Assembly (NCBI GenBank): GCA_963815215.1
Contig: CAWFFU010000003.1
Span: 1,088,001 to 1,152,000, forward strand
DNA from: an uncultured Trueperaceae bacterium
GTDB lineage: Bacteria > Deinococcota > Deinococci > Deinococcales > Trueperaceae
DNA: 64,000 nucleotides
Direction of reading: 5' to 3'
Under the pieces are notes generated by a model that saw nothing but the letters and a program-made list of their open reading frames with translations, ran no database searches and was not told where the DNA came from. The translations under genes and the position numbers were made by a program. Shown piece by piece: positions 10,498 through 18,888 of this stretch. The first letter of the stretch is position 1; each line of letters opens with the position of its first letter.

Positions 10498-11410
10498 AGC
10501 GGATCCTCGGATCGAGGGCGCCGTAGGTGATGTCCACCAGAAGGTTCACCAGCATGAACTCCAGGGCGAACAGCAGCAGCAGGACCTGGAGCACGGCGTA
10601 GTCGCGGAAGCCGATCGACTGGATCAGCAACCAGCCCAGGCCCGTGAAGTTGAACACGGTCTCGATGACCACGGCGCCCCCCAGCAGGAATCCGAACTGC
10701 AGCCCGGTCATGGTCACTACCGGGATCAGGGCGTTGCGAAGGGCGTGCTTGTAGGTGACCGCGGTGTAGCCCAGCCCCTTGGCACTGGCGGTGCGCACGA
10801 AGTCCTCTCCCGACACTTCGAGGAAGCTCGATCGTACGAAGCGCGCGATGGTCGCCAGCGGCGCCAGCGCCAGGCTGATCGAGGGCAGCACGAGCCCGCG
10901 CAGGCTGACGTCCCCGGTCACCGGGAACCAGTGCAGGTCGACGGCGAACAGATAGATGAGGAGGATCCCGAGGAAGAACGAGGGCACGCTGATCCCGGTG
11001 GCCGAGAGCCCCGTGACCACCAGATCGAGCCACGAGTTGCGGCGGGTGGCCGCCATCACCCCCGACAGCACCCCGAGCACGAAGGCGATGACGATGGCGC
11101 TGGTGGACAGCAGCAAGGTGGGCAGGAAGTGTTCCTTGACCACCTGCAGCACGGGCACCTGCTGCCGGTAGGACAGGCCGAAGTCCCCGTGGACGGCGTT
11201 CCGAAGGAAGTAGAGGTACTGCACCGGCAGGCTGTGATTGAGGCCCAGCCGCACCCGCATCGCCTCGACGTCGGCGAGCGTCGCGTCCTGGCCGGCCGCC
11301 AGCCTGGCGGGGTCGCCCGGGATAGCGTGGATGAAGAGAAAGACCGCGATCGAGACACCGATCAGCGTCGGGATGAGCTCGAGCAGTCGCCGGATCAGAT
11401 AGCGCCACAT
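10490..11410 (-). CDS. Peptide/glutathione ABC permease (OppB/DppB/GsiC-like)
   Basis: PGDPA, FVRTASAKGL, HALRNALIPV, GAVVIETVF, LDPRI. Confidence 0.92.
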   Translation of the reverse strand: MWRYLIRRLLELIPTLIGVSIAVFLFIHAIPGDPARLAAGQDATLADVEAMRVRLGLNHSLPVQYLYFLRNAVHGDFGLSYRQQVPVLQVVKEHFLPTLLLSTSAIVIAFVLGVLSGVMAATRRNSWLDLVVTGLSATGISVPSFFLGILLIYLFAVDLHWFPVTGDVSLRGLVLPSISLALAPLATIARFVRSSFLEVSGEDFVRTASAKGLGYTAVTYKHALRNALIPVVTMTGLQFGFLLGGAVVIETVFNFTGLGWLLIQSIGFRDYAVLQVLLLLFALEFMLVNLLVDITYGALDPRIRYD

Positions 11411-11432
11411 GATAGAGGGTCGTCAACGAGCC

Positions 11433-11462
11433 GGAGCCGGCCCGCTGAGGCGGGCCGGCTCC
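11433..11462 (-). terminator. Intra-operon hairpin after the substrate-binding gene
   Basis: GGAGCCGGCCCGC-TGAG-GCGGGCCGGCTCC, a 13-bp perfect stem. Confidence 0.55.
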
Positions 11463-11475
11463 ACTCGCGAAGGAC

Positions 11476-12993
11476 TTACTGCAGGCTCGCCGCCCGCGCG
11501 TCCACGGTGCCGTCGGGCATGTAGAACACGCCGCTCACGCTCTTGGAGACGCCGGCGATGTTGTACGGGCTGTACAGGAAGACCCAGGGAGCATCGTTCC
11601 AGATGGTCTTCTCGGCCGCCGCGTAGGCCTGGTTACGGATGTCCTGGTTGGCCGTGCTGAGGCCGTCGGCGATCAGCTTGTTGACGTTGGGGTTGTCGTA
11701 GAACGCCAGGTTGTACAGATCGGGCGGCCAGGAGGCCTTGTCGAACAACGGACGCAGGCCCCAGTCGGCGTCGCCGGTCGACGGCGACCAGCCGATGACG
11801 ACCGCCTGCAGGGTGGTCTTGTCGAACGGCGCGAACACGGTGCTGGAGAAGGTGCCGCTCTCCATGGGGTTGATCTTGGCGGTCACCCCGACCTTGGCGA
11901 ACATCTGCTGCAGCACCTGGTCGATCTGCTGGTAGGTGGTGCTGTTGAGCGAGTCGATGGTGAAGGTGAAGCCGTTCGGGTAGCCGGCCTCGGCCAGGAG
12001 CTGCTTGGCCTTCTCGGGGTCGTACGCGTAGGGCGTCTGCGCGGAGTAGCCCGTGACCTGCTTGGCGATGGGAGCGGTCAGCTCGGTGCCGAAGCCCTTG
12101 GCGATGACGTCGACGATGGTCTTCTTGTCGACCGCGTAGTTGAGCGCCTGGCGCACGCGCTGGTCGTTGAACGGCTTGGCCTGGGTGTTCATCGCCATGT
12201 AGCGCACGTAGATGCTCGGCTGGGCGGTGACGGTCAGGTTGGCCGCCGACTTGATGGGATCGACGAGCTGAGGCGGCAGGTCCTCGATGAACTGCACCTC
12301 ACCGCTCTGCAGCATGGCCACGCGGGTGGCGGCGTTCGGGACGAACAGGAACTGCAGCGTCTCGACCTTGGGCGCATCGCCCCAGTAGTTGGGGTTGGCC
12401 TTCAGGACGACTTTCTGACCGGGCGTCCAGCTCACGAACTCGAACGGGCCGGTGCCGACGGGGTTCTTGGCCACGTCCTTGCCGTACTTCTTGATCGCCG
12501 CCGGGCTGACGATTCGACCGGCGGGGTGAGCGAAGGTGTAGAGCATCGCGCCGAACGGCTTGGAGAGCGTGAACTTGACCTGGTACTCCGACACCGCGTC
12601 CACGGACTTGATGACGTTGTACAGGCTCTCGCGCTTGAAGTGGTTGGCCGGATCGATGACCCAGTCGAAGTAGGTCTTGACCGCTTCGGCGTTGAAGGGG
12701 GTCCCGTCCTGGAACGTCACGCCCTTGCGCAGGTCGAAGGTGAAGACCGTGGCGTCAGGGCTGGCCGTCCACGAGGTGGCCAGCTCGGGCACGAGCTTCC
12801 CAGCCTTGTCGAAGCCGACCAGGCCTTCGTAGATGGGACGCTCGATGGAGAAGTCGAGATTCCCGTTGGTGTCCCCGGGGTTGAGCGTGATGGCGTTGCC
12901 GGACATCGCCACACTGACCGTGCCGCTCGCAGCGAACGCGGCGCCCAACGACAGCACGACCCCGACAACGAGGAGTAGAAGCGTCTTTCTCAT
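11476..12993 (-). CDS. Family 5 ABC substrate-binding protein (GsiB/DppA-like)
   Basis: Signal peptide MRKTLLL...AFA, LRKGVTFQDGTPFNAEAVK, PVGTGPF, GWSPSTGDADWGLRPLF (GsiB-like). GGAGG RBS. Confidence 0.9.
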   Translation of the reverse strand: MRKTLLLLVVGVVLSLGAAFAASGTVSVAMSGNAITLNPGDTNGNLDFSIERPIYEGLVGFDKAGKLVPELATSWTASPDATVFTFDLRKGVTFQDGTPFNAEAVKTYFDWVIDPANHFKRESLYNVIKSVDAVSEYQVKFTLSKPFGAMLYTFAHPAGRIVSPAAIKKYGKDVAKNPVGTGPFEFVSWTPGQKVVLKANPNYWGDAPKVETLQFLFVPNAATRVAMLQSGEVQFIEDLPPQLVDPIKSAANLTVTAQPSIYVRYMAMNTQAKPFNDQRVRQALNYAVDKKTIVDVIAKGFGTELTAPIAKQVTGYSAQTPYAYDPEKAKQLLAEAGYPNGFTFTIDSLNSTTYQQIDQVLQQMFAKVGVTAKINPMESGTFSSTVFAPFDKTTLQAVVIGWSPSTGDADWGLRPLFDKASWPPDLYNLAFYDNPNVNKLIADGLSTANQDIRNQAYAAAEKTIWNDAPWVFLYSPYNIAGVSKSVSGVFYMPDGTVDARAASLQ

Positions 12994-13138
12994 GTCACCT
13001 CCGAATGGGAACTCTCGTCGCCCGTCACCTACCGCGGGCATACCAGGCGGTTGACTGGCCTGGCGGGTAGTGTAACTTGTTCCATCGTGAGCCATGAAGA
13101 TTCTCGAAGAAGGCCGTCGTGGAAGGGCATTCAGGGGA

Positions 13139-15610
13139 TCACGCCTGCGCGGGACCGCGAGGGGGCGTAACCTCCTCGCGGCCGCGCTGCACCCTGGCGC
13201 GCGCCAGGGCCCGGCGCGGGTCCCCCGGGGGGAGGGCGCCGACGGCAGCCTCCCACAGCTCGAGATCGTCGTGAAGCCGATCGGCGAGATCGAAGAGCGC
13301 ATCCGGGTCGGCCGCGTCGAGAGCCGCCTGGCGGAGCTCCTCTTCCAGGATCCAGCGCTGTTCCTCCACGCCGAGCGCGTCGCTCTGGGGGAGGAGGGGG
13401 CCGCGCAGCAGCGTGATGGCCTCACGGACCCGCTTCTCGAGGAGGTGGCGCCGCGCCTGAAGGATGTCGGCGGTGTACGCCACGGTGAAGCGGTAGGGAG
13501 CGTCACTCACCGGAAGCAGCGCCCGGAGGCGGGTGAGCGTGGCCCGCATCCCGCTGGGCGACAACCCGGCCGTGCCATCGGGCGCCAAAAACGCGCTGAG
13601 CTCCTCGCGAGCCATCCCGTCGGGGTGGAGCGCCAGCGCCAGCGCGGTCTCCGCCAAGCGCGGCCCGAGCCCGATCTCCTTGCCGTCCAGGCGGCAGGAC
13701 ACGCGCCCTAGGAACTCCAGCCGCAGCTCGGCGCGTACCGGCACGAGCGTGTCCCAGACGATCTGGAAGGCCGAGGCCGGGCCGCTGAGCACGCGCAGGG
13801 CGACGCCGTCTAGCCCGCGAAGCGCCTCGGAGACATCGGCGGGAAGTCGGTGCCAGCCACCGGGATCGGCCAGCAGGTAGTGGAGGGCCCCCGAGAGGCG
13901 TTGCTCGGCGGGCAACGATCCGTCGAGCACGATCCCCAGCAGGTCGTCGACGGCGCCGGCGGCGTCGCCCTTCAGCGCTCGCACCATGCCTCGCGCCAGG
14001 ACCCCGAGACGGCCGGCATGCACGGAGGCATCGTCGCCGAGCTCGGCGGCGACCTCAGCCATGCGGGCGGCCTCGTCGTAACGCCCGAACTCGTTCAGGC
14101 AGCGCACGAGCTGGTAGGCATACCGCGTCCGAAGCGACCGCGGGCTGCCTTCGAAGGTCGCCCGCATCAGCTCCAACGCCACCTCCGGCCGGCCGCTAGC
14201 CTGTTCGAACCACCCGAGCGTGCTCCGGTACATCGCAGCAAGGTCAGGCAAGCTCCCCTCGATGGAGGCCTGACCGTCCTCCAGGCCACGCCGCAGGCCT
14301 GCCAGATCCCCGCTGAGGATGCGCGCCACCGCCAGGTTGTTGAATAGCATCAGACGGCGCGCGCCGTCCCGGAGGCCGTTCTGGTCGAACACCTGGAGCG
14401 CATACTCCGCCCAGGAGCGGCCGCGTTGGAACTGGCCCAGGTGCACCAGCCGGTCGGCCAGGACGCCGGCACTCCGTGCAACCTCGTACGGCGTGCCGGC
14501 CTGCTCCGCCAGGCGCACGCTCTCCTTGAGCACTTCGACCGCCCGGTGCGCATCGGGGTGCATCCGCCCGTATTGCCACAGCGTCAATGGCGTGCGCCGC
14601 GCCCGCACGGCGGCCTCGGCCAGCGGGAAGCCGGCCTCGCGCGGCAGCGTGCCCGCGCGGCGCGCGCGCAGCTCCGGGGCCGTGAACGCCTCCAGGTGGG
14701 TGTCGACTTCCTCGACCATGGTGCGCCACTCGTTGGTCGCGAAGGCAGCCAGGAAGCGCCACTCCAGCACACGCTCCAGAGACCGGTAGGGCTGGGGCAG
14801 GCTCGAGAGGAGCAGATGCAGCCTGGGGAGCGCGCCCTCGTCCTGATAGGCGGGGCCTGCCGAGCGCAGCAGGTCCTCCGCCATCTCCGGCGCGGCGCGC
14901 ACGGCCAGCTCGAGAGCGTCGACCGGGCGCCCCTCGCGCTGGAGCGCCAGCACCGCCAGCGGCACGTCGACGGCTTCGGCCCGGCGCCGCGGAAGCACCG
15001 GCCCGAGTGGCGTCGGGATGGGGAAGCGCGGCAGCTGCGCCCGTTCGTGACTGAGCGACAGGAGGTCGGTGAACCGCCCTCCTGTCGCACGTCGAATGGC
15101 CTCCAGCTCACCGGTGGAGAGGCCACCGGGAGCGATCATGGCTGCATCTTCGCGGGTCACGGCGAGCTCGGGCGGGCCCAGCACCAGGCACCGATCGAGA
15201 CCCTGCACCTCCGGCGGCACATCCGTCTCGAACCCCAGTAGCACGCGGTAGCCGAAGTCGGCGAGCTGCACCAGCTCAGCCGCGAAGGCGGGCGCGACAT
15301 CGGCTCCGGAAACCGCGATCCACAGCGGTTGAAGGTCGTGCCGATACTGCCGCAACGATCGCAGGTGCGCCCGGTAGGGCAAGGCGTGCGACAGGAGCGA
15401 CTCGCCGAGCTGCCGGTTCACCGCGCTCGCGAGAGCGTTGCCCTGCGCCACCGCGTCGTCGCGCGCGCGCTGAGACAGCGCGACCCAGGCCAGTCGCTCC
15501 TGCTCACCGAGCGCGTCGATGAGGAAGGGAACGCCGTAAGGCTCGCCACCGAGCAACGCCACCGGCCGTTCGCTGGCGACGATGCGATCGAGCTGACGCT
15601 TCAGCCACAC
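13139..15610 (-). CDS. Large transcriptional activator: degenerate MalT-like STAND domain + TPR-like helical sensor + C-terminal wHTH/BTAD-like (SARP-type) domain
   Basis: N-terminal LAWVAL, ELAVTREDA and ATGG segments echo MalT, but the Walker A is GGEPYGVP with no Lys. The middle is helical repeats. The C-terminus reads LRLEFLG...ALALHPDG..REEL...RATLTRLR...LRGPLLP. TATGCT lies 6 nt before the GTG. Confidence 0.7.
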   Translation of the reverse strand: MWLKRQLDRIVASERPVALLGGEPYGVPFLIDALGEQERLAWVALSQRARDDAVAQGNALASAVNRQLGESLLSHALPYRAHLRSLRQYRHDLQPLWIAVSGADVAPAFAAELVQLADFGYRVLLGFETDVPPEVQGLDRCLVLGPPELAVTREDAAMIAPGGLSTGELEAIRRATGGRFTDLLSLSHERAQLPRFPIPTPLGPVLPRRRAEAVDVPLAVLALQREGRPVDALELAVRAAPEMAEDLLRSAGPAYQDEGALPRLHLLLSSLPQPYRSLERVLEWRFLAAFATNEWRTMVEEVDTHLEAFTAPELRARRAGTLPREAGFPLAEAAVRARRTPLTLWQYGRMHPDAHRAVEVLKESVRLAEQAGTPYEVARSAGVLADRLVHLGQFQRGRSWAEYALQVFDQNGLRDGARRLMLFNNLAVARILSGDLAGLRRGLEDGQASIEGSLPDLAAMYRSTLGWFEQASGRPEVALELMRATFEGSPRSLRTRYAYQLVRCLNEFGRYDEAARMAEVAAELGDDASVHAGRLGVLARGMVRALKGDAAGAVDDLLGIVLDGSLPAEQRLSGALHYLLADPGGWHRLPADVSEALRGLDGVALRVLSGPASAFQIVWDTLVPVRAELRLEFLGRVSCRLDGKEIGLGPRLAETALALALHPDGMAREELSAFLAPDGTAGLSPSGMRATLTRLRALLPVSDAPYRFTVAYTADILQARRHLLEKRVREAITLLRGPLLPQSDALGVEEQRWILEEELRQAALDAADPDALFDLADRLHDDLELWEAAVGALPPGDPRRALARARVQRGREEVTPPRGPAQA

Positions 15611-15809
15611 ATCAAGAGCATACCGGCACGGGCTCGGGCTCCCGCTCGTGCCGGCGCGCGGGCTGCGCCGCGCGTCTCCCGAGCGTCCGAGCGATCACGC
15701 GCGGGGAGTCTTGCGCCATCTCCCCTGCACCCCTCTTCCCCGGAAGGAGCGCGCAGCGGACGCGACCGCGCCTGACTCCGCGGTCGATGGTCGCGATCGA
15801 TCCTCGCGC

Positions 15810-16001
15810 TCAATCGCCCGAGGCGGCCGCCCCTTCGAACGACGCCGCAGCGACGGGCGGACGCTGGCTCGCCGCCGACCGCTCGCGACGGATCGCGTTG
15901 ACGGCCGAGAGCAGACCCAGCTCTCGGATCAGCACCTGGTCCCCGACGACATCGAACGACCACGTTCCCTCCAGTCGCTCGAGGGCTTCTTCTCGCGTCA
16001 T
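15810..16001 (-). CDS. Small hypothetical protein (63 aa) upstream of the activator
   Basis: MTREEALERLEGTWSFDVVGDQVLIRELGLL...; strong AAGGAGG RBS; own -10 (TACCCT). Confidence 0.7.
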   Translation of the reverse strand: MTREEALERLEGTWSFDVVGDQVLIRELGLLSAVNAIRRERSAASQRPPVAAASFEGAAASGD

Positions 16002-16032
16002 ACCGACCTCCTTGTTCCTCTTCTCAAGGTGC

Positions 16033-16117
16033 AGGGTAGGCCCCGGAGCGCTCCACACCCGCTTCACCTCGAAACGGTGGGCTTGAAGCGGGGTTGAAGC
16101 GGCCCCCCACGTACGCT
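16033..16117. promoter_or_regulatory. Divergent promoter pair with SARP/OmpR-like direct repeats
   Basis: Plus strand: TGAAGCGG (16084-16091), TGAAGCGG (16095-16102), 9 nt, TACGCT (16112-16117). Minus strand: TGAAGCGG (16066-16059), TGGAGCGC (16055-16048), 9 nt, TACCCT (16038-16033). Confidence 0.7.
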
Positions 16118-16177
16118 CCAGCTAGCTTCACAGGGTCAGAGACAGAGGAGACCCACGGGGAACCCAAGGAGGACGTC

Positions 16178-16321
16178 GTGCCCACGCTCAAGAAGATGAT
16201 CCGTAGCCTCATCGTCGCGCTCGTGTTGATCGGCTCGGCCGCCGGCGGAGTCACCGTCGCCCACCAGAGCATGACGCTGGCTGACTCGGGGAGTCAGTCC
16301 GGCAACCTCGACGCCGGCTGA
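16178..16321 (+). CDS. Small secreted peptide (47 aa), putative signalling pre-peptide
   Basis: AAGGAGG-5nt-GTG. MPTLKKMIRSLIVALVLIGSAAGGVTVAHQSMTLADSGSQSGNLDAG has a basic n-region, a hydrophobic h-region and a short polar tail. Confidence 0.75.
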   Translation: MPTLKKMIRSLIVALVLIGSAAGGVTVAHQSMTLADSGSQSGNLDAG

Positions 16322-16420
16322 GCGTGCGGCACGGGGCGTAGCGCCCCATCGACTCGCGCCTCGCGGCCTATCGGTCGCGGGGCGCGTCGCCCCCTTGGGG
16401 AGGCGGGATCTTACACCGTC

Positions 16421-17224
16421 ATGAAGTACGACCCCATCCACGTTCGCTACCCCCGCCTGCAGGATCTGCGCTACCAGTTCCAGCCGATCGAGTCGGCCGG
16501 AGACGGGGTGGTGCGCTGGTACGAGGCGCTGGTGCGCTGGCACCTTCCCGACGGCACCGTGCGCGGGCCGTTGGACGTGCTCCCCTACTGGCTCACCCCG
16601 ACCCGCAGCGAGGCCTTCACGAGATTCACCGTGGCGCGCGCGGCGAACGCATTGCTCGGCTCGCCGGGCGCGCGCCTGAGCATCAACCTCAGCCCCGCAC
16701 AGGTCACGCAACCGGCGGCGATGCACGCCCTTCGCAGCCTCAACCCGGAGCTTCAGCAGCGTCTCGTGGTGGAACTCACCGAGCAGCAGATCCGGAACCT
16801 CGACGCCTACTGGCAAGGGCTCGAGGGCGTGCGCGAACACTGCGCGCTACTGTTGCTCGATGACGTGACCTTCGACGATCTCGACCACCGCTTCCGCAAG
16901 GGCGCCCCGGTCGATGGCATCAAGCTCGACCGCAGCTTGCTGCCCGCGCTCCTCGGCGGTACCTACCACCGGCGCGCCGTCGATCTGGTCGAAGATGCGC
17001 TCGATCGCTTCGGCATCGTGGTCGCCGAGGGCGTTGAGGACCCGACCGCGCGCCAGCAGCTCGCAGAGCTCGGCATCACCCATCTCCAGGGTTTCGGCAT
17101 CGGCACGCCCTCGGCCACCATCCCGCTCGAGGCTCCATCGGTCGAGGCCGATGCGGCTCCGGTCGGCGTCGAGCGGCCGCGCTCCGCCGACCGTTCGCGC
17201 CCGGGCTCGGCCCCAAGCGAGTAG
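16421..17224 (+). CDS. Stand-alone EAL-domain protein (c-di-GMP phosphodiesterase family)
   Basis: FQPI, YEALVRW, SINLS, ELTE, LDD, IKLDRS, VVAEGVE, LQGF. The DDFGTG loop is replaced by DDVTFD. Confidence 0.85.
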   Translation: MKYDPIHVRYPRLQDLRYQFQPIESAGDGVVRWYEALVRWHLPDGTVRGPLDVLPYWLTPTRSEAFTRFTVARAANALLGSPGARLSINLSPAQVTQPAAMHALRSLNPELQQRLVVELTEQQIRNLDAYWQGLEGVREHCALLLLDDVTFDDLDHRFRKGAPVDGIKLDRSLLPALLGGTYHRRAVDLVEDALDRFGIVVAEGVEDPTARQQLAELGITHLQGFGIGTPSATIPLEAPSVEADAAPVGVERPRSADRSRPGSAPSE

Positions 17225-17238
17225 GGCGACCGAGCGAG

Positions 17239-18072
17239 GTGTCGGGGGAAGACGAACAGAGCGGCCGCCGGACGTCGGGCGCCCGTTCGCAAGGTTCGCT
17301 CCGGGAGCGGGTCGAGCGCACGACGGCCTGGGGAGAGCTCCGGGTCGTGCGCGAGCTCTCCAGAGCGAACCGCAATCCCGTCCTGCTGGTGGAACTCGGC
17401 GGCGAGCCCTTCGTCGCCAGGGAGACGCGACGCAGCGCCGAGGCGCTGAGCTGGCTCGAGGCGGTGCACGCCCAGGCCCGTGAGGTCGGGCTCGTGACGC
17501 CGGACGCCGTGCGCAGTCGAGACGGGAACCTCGTGGAGGACGGCGTCTCGCTGCAACACTTCATCGAAGGTCGGCCCCCCGATGCGCAGAACCTCGCACG
17601 GCTGCGCAGCCTGCTGAGAAGCCTCCACGAGGCGACCCGCGGTGCCCGCCAGCGCCCGGGCTTCGCGTCCAGCGCTGCGTTGGTGCGCCAGCCGCGCGCG
17701 GGTGACATCGATCTGTCGACCATGCCGGCGGACGTGGTCGGGGCCTGCCGGGCCGCGTGGGAGCGCCTCGCCGACGCTCCGCGATCGGTCGTGCATGGGG
17801 ACCTCCGCCGTGAGAACATCCTGGTGACACCGGACGGAACCGTGGCCCTCGTCGACTGGGACGAGGCGCGTGTGGACGCCTCGATCCTCGACGAGGTCGC
17901 CCTGTCCATCGCACTCGGCGGCCGCCCGCGGCCGGGGTGGGAAGCCGCCGAGACCGCGCTGCGGGCCTGGGAGGTCGCGTCCTGCTGGGGTCTAGAGCCG
18001 AACTACGCGCGCCGCCTGGCCGCCCGCCTGCCGGACCTGTTCGGAGGCGACGGCGCCGCTACCACCCCATGA
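17239..18072 (+). CDS. Aminoglycoside phosphotransferase/choline kinase family protein
   Basis: Brenner motif HGDLRRENIL and downstream VDWDEA. Confidence 0.8.
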   Translation: MSGEDEQSGRRTSGARSQGSLRERVERTTAWGELRVVRELSRANRNPVLLVELGGEPFVARETRRSAEALSWLEAVHAQAREVGLVTPDAVRSRDGNLVEDGVSLQHFIEGRPPDAQNLARLRSLLRSLHEATRGARQRPGFASSAALVRQPRAGDIDLSTMPADVVGACRAAWERLADAPRSVVHGDLRRENILVTPDGTVALVDWDEARVDASILDEVALSIALGGRPRPGWEAAETALRAWEVASCWGLEPNYARRLAARLPDLFGGDGAATTP

Positions 18073-18119
18073 AAAAGGGTTCCCGCCCGGGGGAGACGAC
18101 GCCCCGGGCGGGAACCCTT
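18072..18119 (-). terminator. Intrinsic terminator for the 18142-18726 gene
   Basis: AAGGGTTCCCGCCCGGGG...CCCCGGGCGGGAACCCTT stem followed by a T-run on the minus strand. Confidence 0.75.
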
Positions 18120-18141
18120 GCGATGAGGAGGACGGGTCGGG

Positions 18142-18726
18142 TCAGCGATTGGGCGGGCTGAAGCGTGTGCCGGGCTGGTGGATGCCCATGCCGGGACCGC
18201 CCCGGTTGCCCGACTGCCAGCCCTGGCCGGCGCCGCGTTGCGCCTGCGCGCCCATGGGGCTGCGGTCGCCACTCATGGCCGCCGAGCCGAACATTCCGCC
18301 GGCACGAGGGCCGAGCTCGCGGGTGAGCATGGAAGCGATGGTGGTCGGGGTGCGGCTCTTCATCTGCGCGGCCCGCTGCGCGTCCAACGTGCCCGCCGCT
18401 ACCGCGGCATCGATGCGCGCGTCGCGCTCCGCCACGAGCGTAGCGCTGGCGCCGGCGGTCGTGAGACCGTGCTCGACCAGCAGGTCGGCAACGGTCTTGC
18501 CGCTCTGGCGCTCGGCCACGAGGGCGTCTTCAGAGATCCCGAGCAACGCCGCGAGGTCGGCGTGCGATCCGCCGACGATGCCGGCGACCGGGCCGCGGGT
18601 GCCGGCGGTGGTGCCCTGCGGGCCGGCGAAACGCTGAGCCGTGCGGGGTCCGTAGGCGAGCGCCATCGACGCAACGAGTGCGGCGGCGAGCGCGAGGCTG
18701 AGGGCGAGGGTCCGGTTCCGGATCAT
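18142..18726 (-). CDS. Secreted hypothetical protein (helical, Gly/Met-rich tail)
   Basis: Signal peptide MIRNRTLALSLALAAAL...ALA, then LAALLGISEDAL..ERQSGKTVADL and IDAAVAAGTL. AAGGAG RBS. Confidence 0.7.
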   Translation of the reverse strand: MIRNRTLALSLALAAALVASMALAYGPRTAQRFAGPQGTTAGTRGPVAGIVGGSHADLAALLGISEDALVAERQSGKTVADLLVEHGLTTAGASATLVAERDARIDAAVAAGTLDAQRAAQMKSRTPTTIASMLTRELGPRAGGMFGSAAMSGDRSPMGAQAQRGAGQGWQSGNRGGPGMGIHQPGTRFSPPNR

Positions 18727-18888
18727 GGTGGTCTCCTTCGGAGGGACCCTGGGTGGTTCGACGCGGGTCCCGATCTCGTCCGTAGCGTAGGTCCGTGCGC
18801 GGGAAGGTTGGGAGGAGGGTTCGTGAACGATCGACGAAGGGCCGGAGGGCGCAGTGGCCGGCGACGCATCACGGTAGGCTGGGCGCCG

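Noticed and set aside
16178..16321. 47-aa peptide as a RiPP precursor or type I toxin
   Set aside because: There is no recognisable RiPP maturase or exporter adjacent and no Cys. The Sec-like tripartite layout next to a regulator fits a signalling peptide better, though these alternatives are not formally excluded.
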